A stretch of 63,917 bases of DNA, the filler included, from a bacterium (GTDB taxonomy: Bacteria > JBBIVP01): assembly GCA_037439705.1 (NCBI GenBank). It is 9 parts of 9 records of this genome, joined end to end, with 100 filler letters (N's around TTAATTAATTAA, not from the genome) between each part and the next. Parts side by side here need not be neighbours in the genome. Positions count along the whole stretch, not along the records: positions 44,804 to 51,786 come from JBBIVP010000114.1; positions 51,887 to 58,837 come from JBBIVP010000115.1; positions 58,938 to 63,917 come from JBBIVP010000155.1; 6 more parts are not named here. The stretch is one strand, 5' to 3'. The notes below the pieces were generated by a model, which worked only from the letters and a program-made list of their open reading frames with translations, had not been told where the DNA came from and did no database searches. Below, one piece after another: positions 49,005 through 59,050 of the stretch. Numbering within the stretch: the first letter of the stretch is position 1; each line of letters opens with the position of its first letter. The position numbers and the translations under genes are program-made.

Positions 49005-50113
49005 AAAAGGCAGTCCTTTATCTTGAAAAGGGGAAATTTTTTGAGGGAATAAGTTTTGGAGCAGAAGGAACCGCAGTTGGAGAGGTAATTTTCAATACCA
49101 GTATGTCGGGATATCAGGAAATTCTTACCGACCCTTCCTATCACGGACAGATTGTCCTTATGACCTATCCGCACATAGGAAATGTTGGAGTAAACCGTGA
49201 AGATATGGAATCAAGAAAACCATTTCTCTCAGGCTTTGTCGTAAAGTCTGCATGCAAAATTCCGTCTTCCTGGAGGGCTGAAAAATCCCTTGATGAGTTT
49301 CTAAAGGAATGGAATATAGTTGGAATAGAAAATGTTGATACCAGGGAAATAACAAGGGAAATAAGGGACAATGGAGCCCAAATCGGGGTAATATCAACCG
49401 AAATTTTTGATATTGAAGAACTGAAAAAAATTGTTGAGAAAGCACCGAGAATAGAAGGAAGAGATATTGTGAAAAATGTTCCCACTGACAAACCCTATGT
49501 ATGGAGGGAAGGAAGCTGGAGATATGGAGAAGGTTTTACAAAACCGAAAAATTTTAAATACAGAATCGCTACTATTGATTGCGGAATAAAGTTCAACATA
49601 ATGAGGCTTTTAGTGGACCTCGGATGTGAGATTTATGTCTTTCCTTATGATACAGATTATAAGGAAATACTTGAAATTTCTCCTCACGGGCTTTTCATCT
49701 CTAATGGTCCGGGAGACCCGAGACCCCTCGAAAAAACCATTGATACTATAAGAAATCTTCTTGGAAAAATTCCAGCATTTGGAATATGCCTGGGACATCA
49801 ACTGATAGGACTTGCCCTCGGAGGAGTGATAAAAAAACTGAAATTCGGGCATCACGGTGGAAATCACCCTGTTAAAGATTTAGCCACTGGTAAAGTAGAA
49901 ATTACAGCTCAAAATCACAACTTTGTGATTGATATAAACAGCCTTTCCGATAAAGATGTAGAAATCACCCACATTAACCTTTACGACCACACACTTGAAG
50001 GAATTAAATCATCATGGTTTAAATTTTTCAGCATACAATACCATCCCGAAGCCTCCCCAGGTCCCCACGATGCAAGGTATTTATTCAAAAGATTTGTTGC
50101 TTCCTTAGGGTGA
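49001..50113 (+). CDS. carA: Carbamoyl-phosphate synthase small subunit
   Basis: GYQEILTDPSY, SNGPGDP, GICLGHQ and QYHPEASPGPHD. Confidence 0.98.
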   Translation: MKKAVLYLEKGKFFEGISFGAEGTAVGEVIFNTSMSGYQEILTDPSYHGQIVLMTYPHIGNVGVNREDMESRKPFLSGFVVKSACKIPSSWRAEKSLDEFLKEWNIVGIENVDTREITREIRDNGAQIGVISTEIFDIEELKKIVEKAPRIEGRDIVKNVPTDKPYVWREGSWRYGEGFTKPKNFKYRIATIDCGIKFNIMRLLVDLGCEIYVFPYDTDYKEILEISPHGLFISNGPGDPRPLEKTIDTIRNLLGKIPAFGICLGHQLIGLALGGVIKKLKFGHHGGNHPVKDLATGKVEITAQNHNFVIDINSLSDKDVEITHINLYDHTLEGIKSSWFKFFSIQYHPEASPGPHDARYLFKRFVASLG

Positions 50114-50116
50114 GCC

Positions 50117-51331
50117 ATGTATGATGAAAGAATTTTTGAACTGATTCCATCGCTCATAAATGATAGAAAAGTGAAAATAGTCCTTTTCGTCATTGATGGG
50201 CTTGGCGGAATAAATCGGTCAGGAAAGACTGAACTTGAAATGGCAAATACCCCTAACATGGACAGAATTGCAAAAATTTCCTCTCTCGGGATGATAATTC
50301 CGGTCCTCCCAGGAATAACACCTGGAAGCGGACCAGCCCATCTTTCCCTATTCGGTTATGACCCTTTAAAATGGGAAATAGGAAGGGGGGTTCTTTCTGC
50401 TCTCGGCGTTGACCTGGAACTAAAAAAGGGAGATGTGGCAGCGAGAGGAAATTTTGCAACCATAAACAAAGATGGGTTGATAGTTGACAGGAGGGCAGGA
50501 AGAATTCCGGATGAGGAATGTGCAAGGCTCTGTAAAAAATTGAATTCAGAAATAAAAGAAATTGAGGGTATAAAAGTAGGTTTCTACCCTGAAAAGGAAC
50601 ACAGATTTGTGCTTCTTCTGAAAGGCAAAAAACTCTCGCCTCATCTTTCTGACACCGATCCCCAGAAAACAGAAGTTCCACCATTAAAAATTAAGGCTTT
50701 AAAAAAAGAAGCCCATACAACTGCAAAAATTCTAAACAGGATAGTTGAAAAGTCTATGAAGGTTCTAAGTGATGAACCAAAGGCAAATTCCATACTTTTG
50801 AGAGGGTTTTCATCTGTTCCTGAAATTCCTACTTTTAATTCCATCTTTAAATTAAAGGCATGTGCCATCGCAGAATATCCAATGTACAGGGGACTTGCAA
50901 GGCTTATCGGAATGGAGGTTTTGAAAAAACCATCTTCTCCTGAAGATATCATTTCACTTCTAAAAGAAAACTACGAAAAATATGACTTCTTTTACATCCA
51001 CTTCAAAAAGGCTGATAGTTCCGGTGAGGATGGAAATTTTGAGAAGAAGGTTGGAGCTATTGAAATGGCTGATTCCATAGCAGGAGAAATTTTTAACCTT
51101 GCTCCAGATGTCCTTGTCATAACAGGAGACCACTCAACGCCATCCGAATTGAAATCCCATAGCTGGCACCCCGTGCCTCTCCTTTTATTCTCGGAATCAG
51201 CAAGAATGGACGGATTTGAAAAGTTCAGCGAAACGAATGCAAAATGTGGAAGCCTCGGTATATTTCCGTCAGTCTATTTGATGCCATTTATCCTTGCACA
51301 CGCTGGGAAGCTTCAGAAATTTGGGGCATAA
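50117..51331 (+). CDS. apgM: 2,3-bisphosphoglycerate-independent phosphoglycerate mutase (ApgM type)
   Basis: IDGLGG, TPGSGPAHLSLFGYDP and TGDHSTP...HSWHPVP. Confidence 0.92.
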   Translation: MYDERIFELIPSLINDRKVKIVLFVIDGLGGINRSGKTELEMANTPNMDRIAKISSLGMIIPVLPGITPGSGPAHLSLFGYDPLKWEIGRGVLSALGVDLELKKGDVAARGNFATINKDGLIVDRRAGRIPDEECARLCKKLNSEIKEIEGIKVGFYPEKEHRFVLLLKGKKLSPHLSDTDPQKTEVPPLKIKALKKEAHTTAKILNRIVEKSMKVLSDEPKANSILLRGFSSVPEIPTFNSIFKLKACAIAEYPMYRGLARLIGMEVLKKPSSPEDIISLLKENYEKYDFFYIHFKKADSSGEDGNFEKKVGAIEMADSIAGEIFNLAPDVLVITGDHSTPSELKSHSWHPVPLLLFSESARMDGFEKFSETNAKCGSLGIFPSVYLMPFILAHAGKLQKFGA

Positions 51332-51405
51332 TAATAAACCAAAAATTTAGTCCGTTTAACGAAATGTTGCTTGCGAAAAGAATTTTTAATATTATGAATA
51401 TAAAA

Positions 51406-51477
51406 CGGGGCGTAGCGCAGTGGAAGCGCGTCCGGTTCGGGACCGGAAGGTCGGCCGTTCAAGTCGGCTCGCCCCGA
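51406..51477 (+). tRNA. tRNA-Pro(CGG), CCA not encoded
   Basis: CGGGGCG...TCCGG-TT-CGG-GA-CCGGA...GGCCG-TTCAAGT-CGGCT-CGCCCCG-A. Confidence 0.95.
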
Positions 51478-51486
51478 GTTTAATAG

Positions 51487-51690
51487 ATGAAAGGGGTAAA
51501 AAAGGTTATTGTAATTAAAGGTATCTTTGATGCTTCTTTGTTTTTGATTTTTAAATGCCCACTTGCTATTTTCAAAGAAGGTTATATGAAGGAAGCTTTT
51601 GAACTTGATGCAATGATAAGAAGTGCGGAAAGTTATGAGGAAGCGGTTGCTTTAATCACTGAACTCGTAAGAGATGAAGTCTTGAATTAA
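51487..51690 (+). CDS. Small hypothetical protein directly after tRNA-Pro
   Basis: 67-aa ORF ending in helical MKEAFELDAMIRSAESYEEAVALITELV. Confidence 0.4.
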   Translation: MKGVKKVIVIKGIFDASLFLIFKCPLAIFKEGYMKEAFELDAMIRSAESYEEAVALITELVRDEVLN

Positions 51691-51786
51691 GATAACAGAT
51701 GGGTTAATTTCTGAGCAAACTGGCGGTGAAATTTAATAAAGAAAGTTAGGAGAATATATGAACGAAAATCTTGATGTATATACTGT

Positions 51787-51886
51787 NNNNNNNNNNNNNN
51801 NNNNNNNNNNNNNNNNNNNNNNNNNNNNNNTTAATTAATTAANNNNNNNNNNNNNNNNNNNNNNNNNNNNNNNNNNNNNNNNNNNN
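51787..51886. other. Artificial contig linker
   Basis: N44-TTAATTAATTAA-N44. Confidence 0.98.
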
Positions 51887-51888
51887 AA

Positions 51889-53442
51889 ATGAAAAAAGCA
51901 CTCATAATCAGTAGTTTCATCCTTTTTGTAATGGGATGCGGAAAGGAAAAGAGCGATATAGAAAAGGCAAAGGATATGCTTTCTGAAAAGGTTCTGACGG
52001 AAGACGGCATTCCATATACACCCGATGATGTGAGAGAAAAAATTTTGGAAGTACTTCAAAAAGAGCCTGAGAACTGCGAGGCAAATTATGTTCTTCTTCT
52101 TGCTGATGTGAAGATACTTTTTGAGACTATAAATCCAATAATAGGTGTGATTCAGAGCCTTTCTCAATTCACCGAGCAGGCTGGTGGAATGGTGGACAGT
52201 CTCGTTTCAAGCATAATTCCGTCAATCCTTGAACTTTTTGATGAGATGGACAATGCTGTCAATGTTGTGGAGAAATACAAATGTTCCCTCTTACTTGATA
52301 ATTACAAAATAACCCTCGGGCTTGAAGATTCTCCAATCCTTTCTATTGAATTTAAAGGATGGGATCCGAAGAAAGAAGTTGCTACCCAGGGTGAATGGGA
52401 CCTGACAGAAGCAGACCTCATAGGCTCTTTCGTCTCAATGGTAAAGGCAGGGCTCCATCTCATTCTTTCACTTGACCTTGACCTTGACCTGGAGGAAGTC
52501 CTGAATGCATATAACGAGGGAATAATCAGTCTTGATATGAGCGATCTTGTTGGTCTCGTTCGGAGCCTTGGATTTGTTCCAGCAAATAATCAAAACTTTT
52601 TAGATTTTCATCCAGATAGAAAGGAGCTGTTTGCATTAGTCGGGCAGGACTATTCGGTATGTATGAAAAGGATTTCAACTTCCCTTGATGAACTATTAAA
52701 GGTTGATGAGAATCCTTATGATGACATAATCGGTTGGGTGGATAAGGGATTAAAGATAAACATTTTTGACCCTGAAACAGGTGAAAGGGGGATATTTGTT
52801 GAAATCAACGGTCAAAGGACGAATGTGCTTGACCTCCTTGAGTCCGTTCTTAAAGTGTTTATAACAGAGGATTACATAAAAGAGGTTGTTCAAATTACTT
52901 CAAGGTGGAGTAAAATTTTTTCGGGTGAATTGAAGGAGTCCATTTCTATCGCCGAGTTAAATTCCCTGCTTTTTGGGCTCATTGAGTTCAAAGACACAAT
53001 AAGGGTATATCCGTGGAAACTCTATCCGTCAAGTATAACAGAGGCAAAACCAATAAGGGATTTCCTTCCTTACTGGGAGGATACAAATGACGATGGATAT
53101 GCTGAATTCATGGTTGAAGCGGAAGTTCCGCCTGAGTATGCAATTTCAAAACCCTACATCTTCACTGAAGATTCATCACATTTTGCCGGATACCCATACG
53201 AAATAACGAAAGATTGTATATTTCCTCAATCAGTAACCTTTGTTTACATTGCTTTTCAGGACCCATCATTTAATGGCTCTGTTGAAGTAAATTTAAACCC
53301 AATCAAAGAAAAAATATGCAATGAAGAAAACTACCTTGAATGGAAACATGCGGATAACTTCTCATTAAATGTAGTGATAAATGACCTCATAGACACATTC
53401 CTTGGATTAATCTCTAACCTCAGAAAATCAGGATTTTTTTAA
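51889..53442 (+). CDS. Uncharacterised acidic lipoprotein, paralog 1
   Basis: Lipobox VMGC; shares collinear motifs with the next gene. Confidence 0.85.
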   Translation: MKKALIISSFILFVMGCGKEKSDIEKAKDMLSEKVLTEDGIPYTPDDVREKILEVLQKEPENCEANYVLLLADVKILFETINPIIGVIQSLSQFTEQAGGMVDSLVSSIIPSILELFDEMDNAVNVVEKYKCSLLLDNYKITLGLEDSPILSIEFKGWDPKKEVATQGEWDLTEADLIGSFVSMVKAGLHLILSLDLDLDLEEVLNAYNEGIISLDMSDLVGLVRSLGFVPANNQNFLDFHPDRKELFALVGQDYSVCMKRISTSLDELLKVDENPYDDIIGWVDKGLKINIFDPETGERGIFVEINGQRTNVLDLLESVLKVFITEDYIKEVVQITSRWSKIFSGELKESISIAELNSLLFGLIEFKDTIRVYPWKLYPSSITEAKPIRDFLPYWEDTNDDGYAEFMVEAEVPPEYAISKPYIFTEDSSHFAGYPYEITKDCIFPQSVTFVYIAFQDPSFNGSVEVNLNPIKEKICNEENYLEWKHADNFSLNVVINDLIDTFLGLISNLRKSGFF

Positions 53443-53448
53443 TTGTTT

Positions 53449-55242
53449 ATGAAGAAAAGAGGAGGGTTAATACTTTTAGCAGGGGTGTTTCTACTTTTCT
53501 CCTGTTCAGCAGGAGGGTCTAAGTGTGAAAGGTGGGTTGTAAAAACCCTTGATGCGTGTAAGGAGGCACTGAGGGATGGAAGGTGGACAGACTCTATGGA
53601 TGAATGCTTGAGGGTTATTGACCCTGAAAGTGAATGTGAGGTAAGGGATGTTGACCTCTGTGAGGCTAATTACCTTCTGTTTTTATCAAACCTCTTTTAT
53701 CTCCTTGATTCCGTATCAAGTCTCCTTCCCCTTATAGAAGACTTCGCAGGAGGAATGCTGAGTCCTTCTCAGGACATTACCCTTGAAGACATTATTCAGT
53801 ATGTGAAATTTATCCTTGAAAAGAAGGTCAACATTGATTCCTTCATTTACTCAATAATTCAACCGATTTACCTTAACCTTACAAGGATGGAAGGATACAC
53901 AAATTTTGTAATAGATAAGAATTGCAGTTTGAAGATGGATAAAATTCCACTCAAAATTTTTAAGAATTTTTCTATTTCTGTTCCAGGAATGGTTGAACTC
54001 TCAGGGGATATGGAGTTCAGAGGCGAATGGGATTCTGTTGAGGCTAATATATTCTCTGCAGTTATAGACCTCATAAAGGGCATCATTGACCTCTTATTTT
54101 CTTACGACCTCAACCTTAATGCTGAGGGGCTTCTGAACCTCCTCGTTACTATTTCCGGAGGTAATGTATCAACCATTCAATTGTTAAGGTTTTCGGGTGG
54201 TTTGTTCTATAAATCTGATTTCCTCAAATGGCACAAAGACAGGGCAAATCTCTTTACATACGCTGATGATGAGATTTCATCTTTTTTCATAAAGATGTCA
54301 AATGCATTAAATACCCTCTTTACAGAACAGGACGAAAACCCTAAAGATGACATTATATACTGGGTGGATAAGGATAATAATAAAAAATTCAGTTCTACTG
54401 ATGAACTCTGTATCAACCTTTACAGAACAGGTGTTGATGAACTAGCGCTTTCAGGATTGTGCAATACTCTCAAACCTTTTCTCTCACAGGAGTATATAGA
54501 CAGTATGAAAACACTCTTTTCAGAGGTGGGAGGATGTGTAAAATATGAGAAAGAAGATGAAGAATGTTCCATCAGCCTTGCAAATGTTATAAATACCATT
54601 AGCATCGGAATAATTGTCTTTCTTGACAATCTCTCCTTTAAACCGAGAAAGTTCTTCGGAGACCCCAAGGAAAGAAAACCGTTAAGGGATTTTATGCCCT
54701 TTCTCTACGACCCTGATGATGATGGAATTCTTCTCCCTGTATTCCTCATAGAGGCTGAAGCATATCCCGGGAGCGGAACAGCCTATATCTCCATTCCCTG
54801 TCCACCATCATATTCAGATGGAGCAACGAGTTATGTATGCTATTATGCGCTGGATGGCGAGAAATATAAATATCCTGACCCTGGAACGTCAACGCTTAAT
54901 GTCTTTTACCAGTATGAAGGGGATTCTGTGCATTTTTCCACAGGATTCAGATGGAATGAAAATGACGAAAGTGTGGGAGAAGATGGAAGTATAAACAAGG
55001 ATTGCTTTTCCCTTCCTTCAGAACTTTCTTCCTATCAGCTATTTTATTTTGGGATGAATGACCCATCATTTGGTGGTGCCCTTCTGGTAAATCCTGGGAT
55101 TGATCAAAAGGAATTTCCGGGATGCGAAGGGACTACTGATGAATTTCTTACTCCCAATAATCTTTATCTCAACAGGGTTCTTACCTACTGGCAGAAAAAG
55201 ATATACGAACTTCTTAGGCTCCTCCAGCAGGGATTATTTTGA
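53449..55242 (+). CDS. Uncharacterised acidic lipoprotein, paralog 2
   Basis: Lipobox LFSC; CEANY, GEWD, DENPxDDIIxWVDK and DPSFxG are shared with paralog 1. Confidence 0.85.
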   Translation: MKKRGGLILLAGVFLLFSCSAGGSKCERWVVKTLDACKEALRDGRWTDSMDECLRVIDPESECEVRDVDLCEANYLLFLSNLFYLLDSVSSLLPLIEDFAGGMLSPSQDITLEDIIQYVKFILEKKVNIDSFIYSIIQPIYLNLTRMEGYTNFVIDKNCSLKMDKIPLKIFKNFSISVPGMVELSGDMEFRGEWDSVEANIFSAVIDLIKGIIDLLFSYDLNLNAEGLLNLLVTISGGNVSTIQLLRFSGGLFYKSDFLKWHKDRANLFTYADDEISSFFIKMSNALNTLFTEQDENPKDDIIYWVDKDNNKKFSSTDELCINLYRTGVDELALSGLCNTLKPFLSQEYIDSMKTLFSEVGGCVKYEKEDEECSISLANVINTISIGIIVFLDNLSFKPRKFFGDPKERKPLRDFMPFLYDPDDDGILLPVFLIEAEAYPGSGTAYISIPCPPSYSDGATSYVCYYALDGEKYKYPDPGTSTLNVFYQYEGDSVHFSTGFRWNENDESVGEDGSINKDCFSLPSELSSYQLFYFGMNDPSFGGALLVNPGIDQKEFPGCEGTTDEFLTPNNLYLNRVLTYWQKKIYELLRLLQQGLF

Positions 55243-56486
55243 TGAAGATAGATTTATCATCATTAAAAGTTTTTTGTGAAGAAGAAATTCCCCGGAACGA
55301 AAGAATAAGAGATTCTTTTCAAAAAAATTTTAGAGAAAGAAAATTTCATTTTCTCAAAGCGCTCTATGAGGATGAAATTCTAAAAGAGATGGAAAAGCTG
55401 AAATATGTGAAATCCTTTAAAACTATGTTTCACATAGGAATAGGAGGCTCAGCCCTCCCTCCACTTGTCATAAAAAGGGCATTTGAAGATGAGATTAAAA
55501 AGGAATTTTATCTTATAGAAAACCTTGATGAGTGGGAGATAAGAAGAGTTCTCTCAGAGGTGGACCCAAAAGGTTTATGCCTTCATGTGGTTTCAAAATC
55601 TGGAAACACAGTTGAGACAGTTGCAAATTTCTTTTACATATACAGATGGCTCATCAGGAAAATTGGGGAGAAAGAAGCGAAGAAAAGGGTAATAATCACC
55701 ACAGATCCGGAAGGAGGTTTTTTGAGGGAAATAGCATTGAAGGAGGGATTTCCTGTTTTAAAAATTCCGGGAGAACTGACTGGTAGATTTTCAGCACTTT
55801 CTCCTGTGGGACTTTTTCCAGCATTATTTCTTGGAATAAAATGGAGAAGGATTATAAATGGGGCAAGGGAGATATATGAAATCCTCGCTGATAGACCTCC
55901 TGATGAGAATCCAGTTTTGAAGACTGCAGAATTTCTTTTTTATCAATACAATGAATGTAAAAAAGATGTCTTTGTCTTTATGCCATATTCCGAAAGGTTT
56001 GATGCATTTTCAAGGTGGCTCGTTCAGCTCTGGTCTGAGAGCCTCGGAAAGGATGGAAAGGGACAGACCCCTCTCTGTGGAAAGGGCGCTACAGACCAGC
56101 ACACAATCCTTCAGTTAATAATAGATGGTCCACCTGATAAAATTGTCTGCTTCATAAAGATAAAAGAAAATGGTAAATTCAGGGTAGATGGAATTGGAAA
56201 ACTTTCTCCACCTGAATTTATGAAGGGATTTTCCATAGCGGAGATAAGAGATGCAGAATACTACGGAACTCTTAACTCAATAAAGAACAAAAAGATACCG
56301 GTCATTGAAATTGAGTTGGAATGTTTAAATCCGGAAATGTTGGGGAGGCTTTTTATCTTCTTTTCCTCCATCGTAAGTTTGTTTGGAGAAGGGCTCGGGA
56401 TAAATCCATTTGACCAGCCCGCTGTTGAGGAAAGCAAGAAGCTGGCGAGGGAATATCTAAAAGGTAAAAAATCGCTTGCTTTTTAA
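55242..56486 (+). CDS. pgi: Glucose-6-phosphate isomerase
   Basis: IGIGGS, SKSGNTVET, GRFSALS, QLWSESLGK and NPFDQPAVEESK. Confidence 0.95.
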   Translation: MKIDLSSLKVFCEEEIPRNERIRDSFQKNFRERKFHFLKALYEDEILKEMEKLKYVKSFKTMFHIGIGGSALPPLVIKRAFEDEIKKEFYLIENLDEWEIRRVLSEVDPKGLCLHVVSKSGNTVETVANFFYIYRWLIRKIGEKEAKKRVIITTDPEGGFLREIALKEGFPVLKIPGELTGRFSALSPVGLFPALFLGIKWRRIINGAREIYEILADRPPDENPVLKTAEFLFYQYNECKKDVFVFMPYSERFDAFSRWLVQLWSESLGKDGKGQTPLCGKGATDQHTILQLIIDGPPDKIVCFIKIKENGKFRVDGIGKLSPPEFMKGFSIAEIRDAEYYGTLNSIKNKKIPVIEIELECLNPEMLGRLFIFFSSIVSLFGEGLGINPFDQPAVEESKKLAREYLKGKKSLAF

Positions 56487-56542
56487 AAAAATGGGAGATA
56501 AAATTAAAATAATATGGGTAGAAATAAAAACAGGAGGTTGAT

Positions 56543-58354
56543 ATGAAGCTAAAATGTTTGGTCTGCGTGTTCCTTTTCTTTTTCCTTACAGGCAGTGCGT
56601 TTGCGATAAACGACCAGTCAATAAGGAGCGAAAACACATTCGGTCTTATTGAGGATAGTTATGACCTCTTCTTCTATCCCGAATTCCTCGCCGATTTTAG
56701 TGGCTACGAGTTATACACAAACCTCCACAACACCTCCGGGGCAAATCGTTTTCAAATAGGATGGTTTGGACTTCCGGGTAAAGCAGGAAGGTTATTCCTG
56801 ATGTTTAATATGACAAATAATAAATCATCAGAAGAAGTATTCCTTCCTCAAGATAACTTTACTCCAAACTGGCCAAATTTCCTTAATCCAGGAGCTTTTA
56901 TTGATAAAGGAGAAATGGGACATTTTCACCTCGTTAAGACAGATTTTTTTGATGATGACAATGATTACAAATCTGACAGAAGTATTTTGAGGGATATGTC
57001 GGGTGAATCTTGGCAGAGGGAGAATGAGTATGAACTTCTTATTGGATATGGAATCTCCATTTCTAAAAAGGTAAACATAGGTTTAGGCGTTTCACTGGGT
57101 TTTTTAAGAGGAGAAAACAGGGATTCAAGGTCAACCTTTGATATATCCTACACAGAAACTGACCTAAATACAGGAACGGTTCTTGAAAGTTATTCCGATA
57201 AAAGCGATGCAAGGATTGATGCCAATGGCTCAAACATAGGTTTTATCATCGGTTGTAAAATTGAGCCAAAAAAGGATTTAAAAATAGGAATTGACTTCTA
57301 TTATTCAATGATTGATTCAGATGGCGCTGGAAAATATGGAGAGAATATAAGAAGGGCAGAATGGATGAAGGGTTCATACAGTGCATCACTTACAGAGACA
57401 TTAGCAGGTCCAGTGGGAGACCCCACTCAGGGCGATCCAATTAATAATGCCCTTCCATACGATGGCTCAAACCTCGGGATAAGGTTAAAGACATATATTC
57501 CTGTTGGTGAAAAGAACACAATAAGGGTTGATGGAGGGGTTGAGTGGGCATCGGTTGATGTTTCTGATGGAAGTTATGAGAGGTCAGGTGGAGAAACCAT
57601 TATGGATACAGTTCAAAACACAAGGACAGATGCTGTAGGAGTGGAAAGGGTTAACTGGTCAGGTGATTATCTTTCCGGATATGGTGCCTATGCCCTTCTT
57701 GCTGACATCGTTCAGATAACGAACTTCTTAAAATTTGGTTTCGGTATCGGGTATGAATTTGTGAAAAGGGAGATAGATATAAGGAGGGCATTCACTTTAA
57801 ATAGAACGGAAAGGATAGACAGAAACAACGATAAAGATATAATTGATGCCCCACTTGATTACGACCCTGTCACTGGAATTTTTGATGAAAGGACAACAGA
57901 TGAATCCCAGTTGGAACAGGGATACAAGTATGAGGTGAAAACCCATTACATAAAATTTCCTGTTTCAGCAGAGGTTGAGATTACAAAGAAGTTAACTTTG
58001 AGATTGGGCGTTTCCCATTTCATATTGGTAAAGAGGAACAATGAGGAAATCTTCTACATTTCAGGAAGCAACCAGATAAAAACCACCTATGAGGATGGAA
58101 TGGGAACGAGAACTGTTACCTACGAACCTTATTCAATTCCTGAGAACAGTTATTCAAGCAGGGTTGACGAGGAAAGCATAACAGATTACAGGATAGGTCT
58201 CGGGATTGCACTTTCAAAAAACATATCAGTTGACCTTCTCGGAGACTATTATGATAACCATGATTCAGATGACCACATTCATGAACTTTCAATAGAGCCC
58301 CATGAGGCATCAAGGATATGGTCTATATTTGGTTCAGCAACAATAAAATTTTAA
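56543..58354 (+). CDS. Outer-membrane beta-barrel protein of unknown function
   Basis: Signal peptide (AFA), amphipathic strands, C-terminal ATIKF; own promoter TTGCTT-N17-TAAAAT and SD. Confidence 0.7.
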   Translation: MKLKCLVCVFLFFFLTGSAFAINDQSIRSENTFGLIEDSYDLFFYPEFLADFSGYELYTNLHNTSGANRFQIGWFGLPGKAGRLFLMFNMTNNKSSEEVFLPQDNFTPNWPNFLNPGAFIDKGEMGHFHLVKTDFFDDDNDYKSDRSILRDMSGESWQRENEYELLIGYGISISKKVNIGLGVSLGFLRGENRDSRSTFDISYTETDLNTGTVLESYSDKSDARIDANGSNIGFIIGCKIEPKKDLKIGIDFYYSMIDSDGAGKYGENIRRAEWMKGSYSASLTETLAGPVGDPTQGDPINNALPYDGSNLGIRLKTYIPVGEKNTIRVDGGVEWASVDVSDGSYERSGGETIMDTVQNTRTDAVGVERVNWSGDYLSGYGAYALLADIVQITNFLKFGFGIGYEFVKREIDIRRAFTLNRTERIDRNNDKDIIDAPLDYDPVTGIFDERTTDESQLEQGYKYEVKTHYIKFPVSAEVEITKKLTLRLGVSHFILVKRNNEEIFYISGSNQIKTTYEDGMGTRTVTYEPYSIPENSYSSRVDEESITDYRIGLGIALSKNISVDLLGDYYDNHDSDDHIHELSIEPHEASRIWSIFGSATIKF

Positions 58355-58367
58355 AAGGAGGTGTAAG

Positions 58368-58837
58368 ATGAAGGGAAAGATAATAGGAATAATTTTACTT
58401 ACAGGGCTGATAGGCTGTAATTTTGAAAAAAAGAATATTCCTCCTAAAGATACAGACGGGTTCACTCAAGAGGATATGGATAAGGGGCAGAATAACCTCA
58501 CGGGTTTATATCCACACATCACTGATTTAGAGATAGAGGCAGAAGGGCTTCCATTTGAAAGCCCATGGGTCTTTTATGTATCCTTTGATAAGGCAATGGA
58601 TACATCCCTTGTTCCTGAAATAAGCCTTCAGGAGGTTACCTATCACAATGAGATTACATCAACAAACTATGTGGACACTCAATCAATAAAATGGCTTACT
58701 GAGAATCTTCTGACGTTCAGAACGAGTTCTTCTTTCATGCCATACAGCATAATTGACTATACATTCAACCCAAATGCAGATAATTCTGTTTCTTCCATTG
58801 CCATTCAATCTGATGGAAAAATCATAATTGGGGGAAA
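58368..58837 (+). CDS. Lipoprotein with an Ig-like domain and delta-60 repeat(s), 3'-partial
   Basis: Lipobox LIGC; VSFDKAMD; ends FNPNADNSVSSIAIQSDGKIIIGG. Confidence 0.75.
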
Positions 58838-58937
58838 NNNNNNNNNNNNNNNNNNNNNNNNNNNNNNNNNNNNNNNNNNNNTTAATTAATTAANNNNNNN
58901 NNNNNNNNNNNNNNNNNNNNNNNNNNNNNNNNNNNNN
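58838..58937. other. Artificial contig linker
   Basis: N44-TTAATTAATTAA-N44. Confidence 0.98.
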
Positions 58938-59049
58938 CTGTGCCATCAAGGTAAATCCCCCCCTTCTTTGGATTGAGAAAGTCAACAGCCTCCTTCAGAA
59001 GCACAGGACGGTGAGAAATTGATGAAACCTGTTTATCGTTATCAAGCAT
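58938..59049 (-). CDS. rsmH: 16S rRNA m4C1402 methyltransferase, 5' fragment
   Basis: HRPVLLKEAVDFLNPKKGGIYLDGT directly downstream of mraZ. Confidence 0.9.
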
Positions 59050-59050
59050 T

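Noticed and set aside
7678-58937. TTAATTAATTAA repeated eight times at roughly 7-kb spacing
   Set aside because: Always centred in identical N runs; it is an artificial six-frame-stop linker, and the spacing reflects length-sorted contigs.
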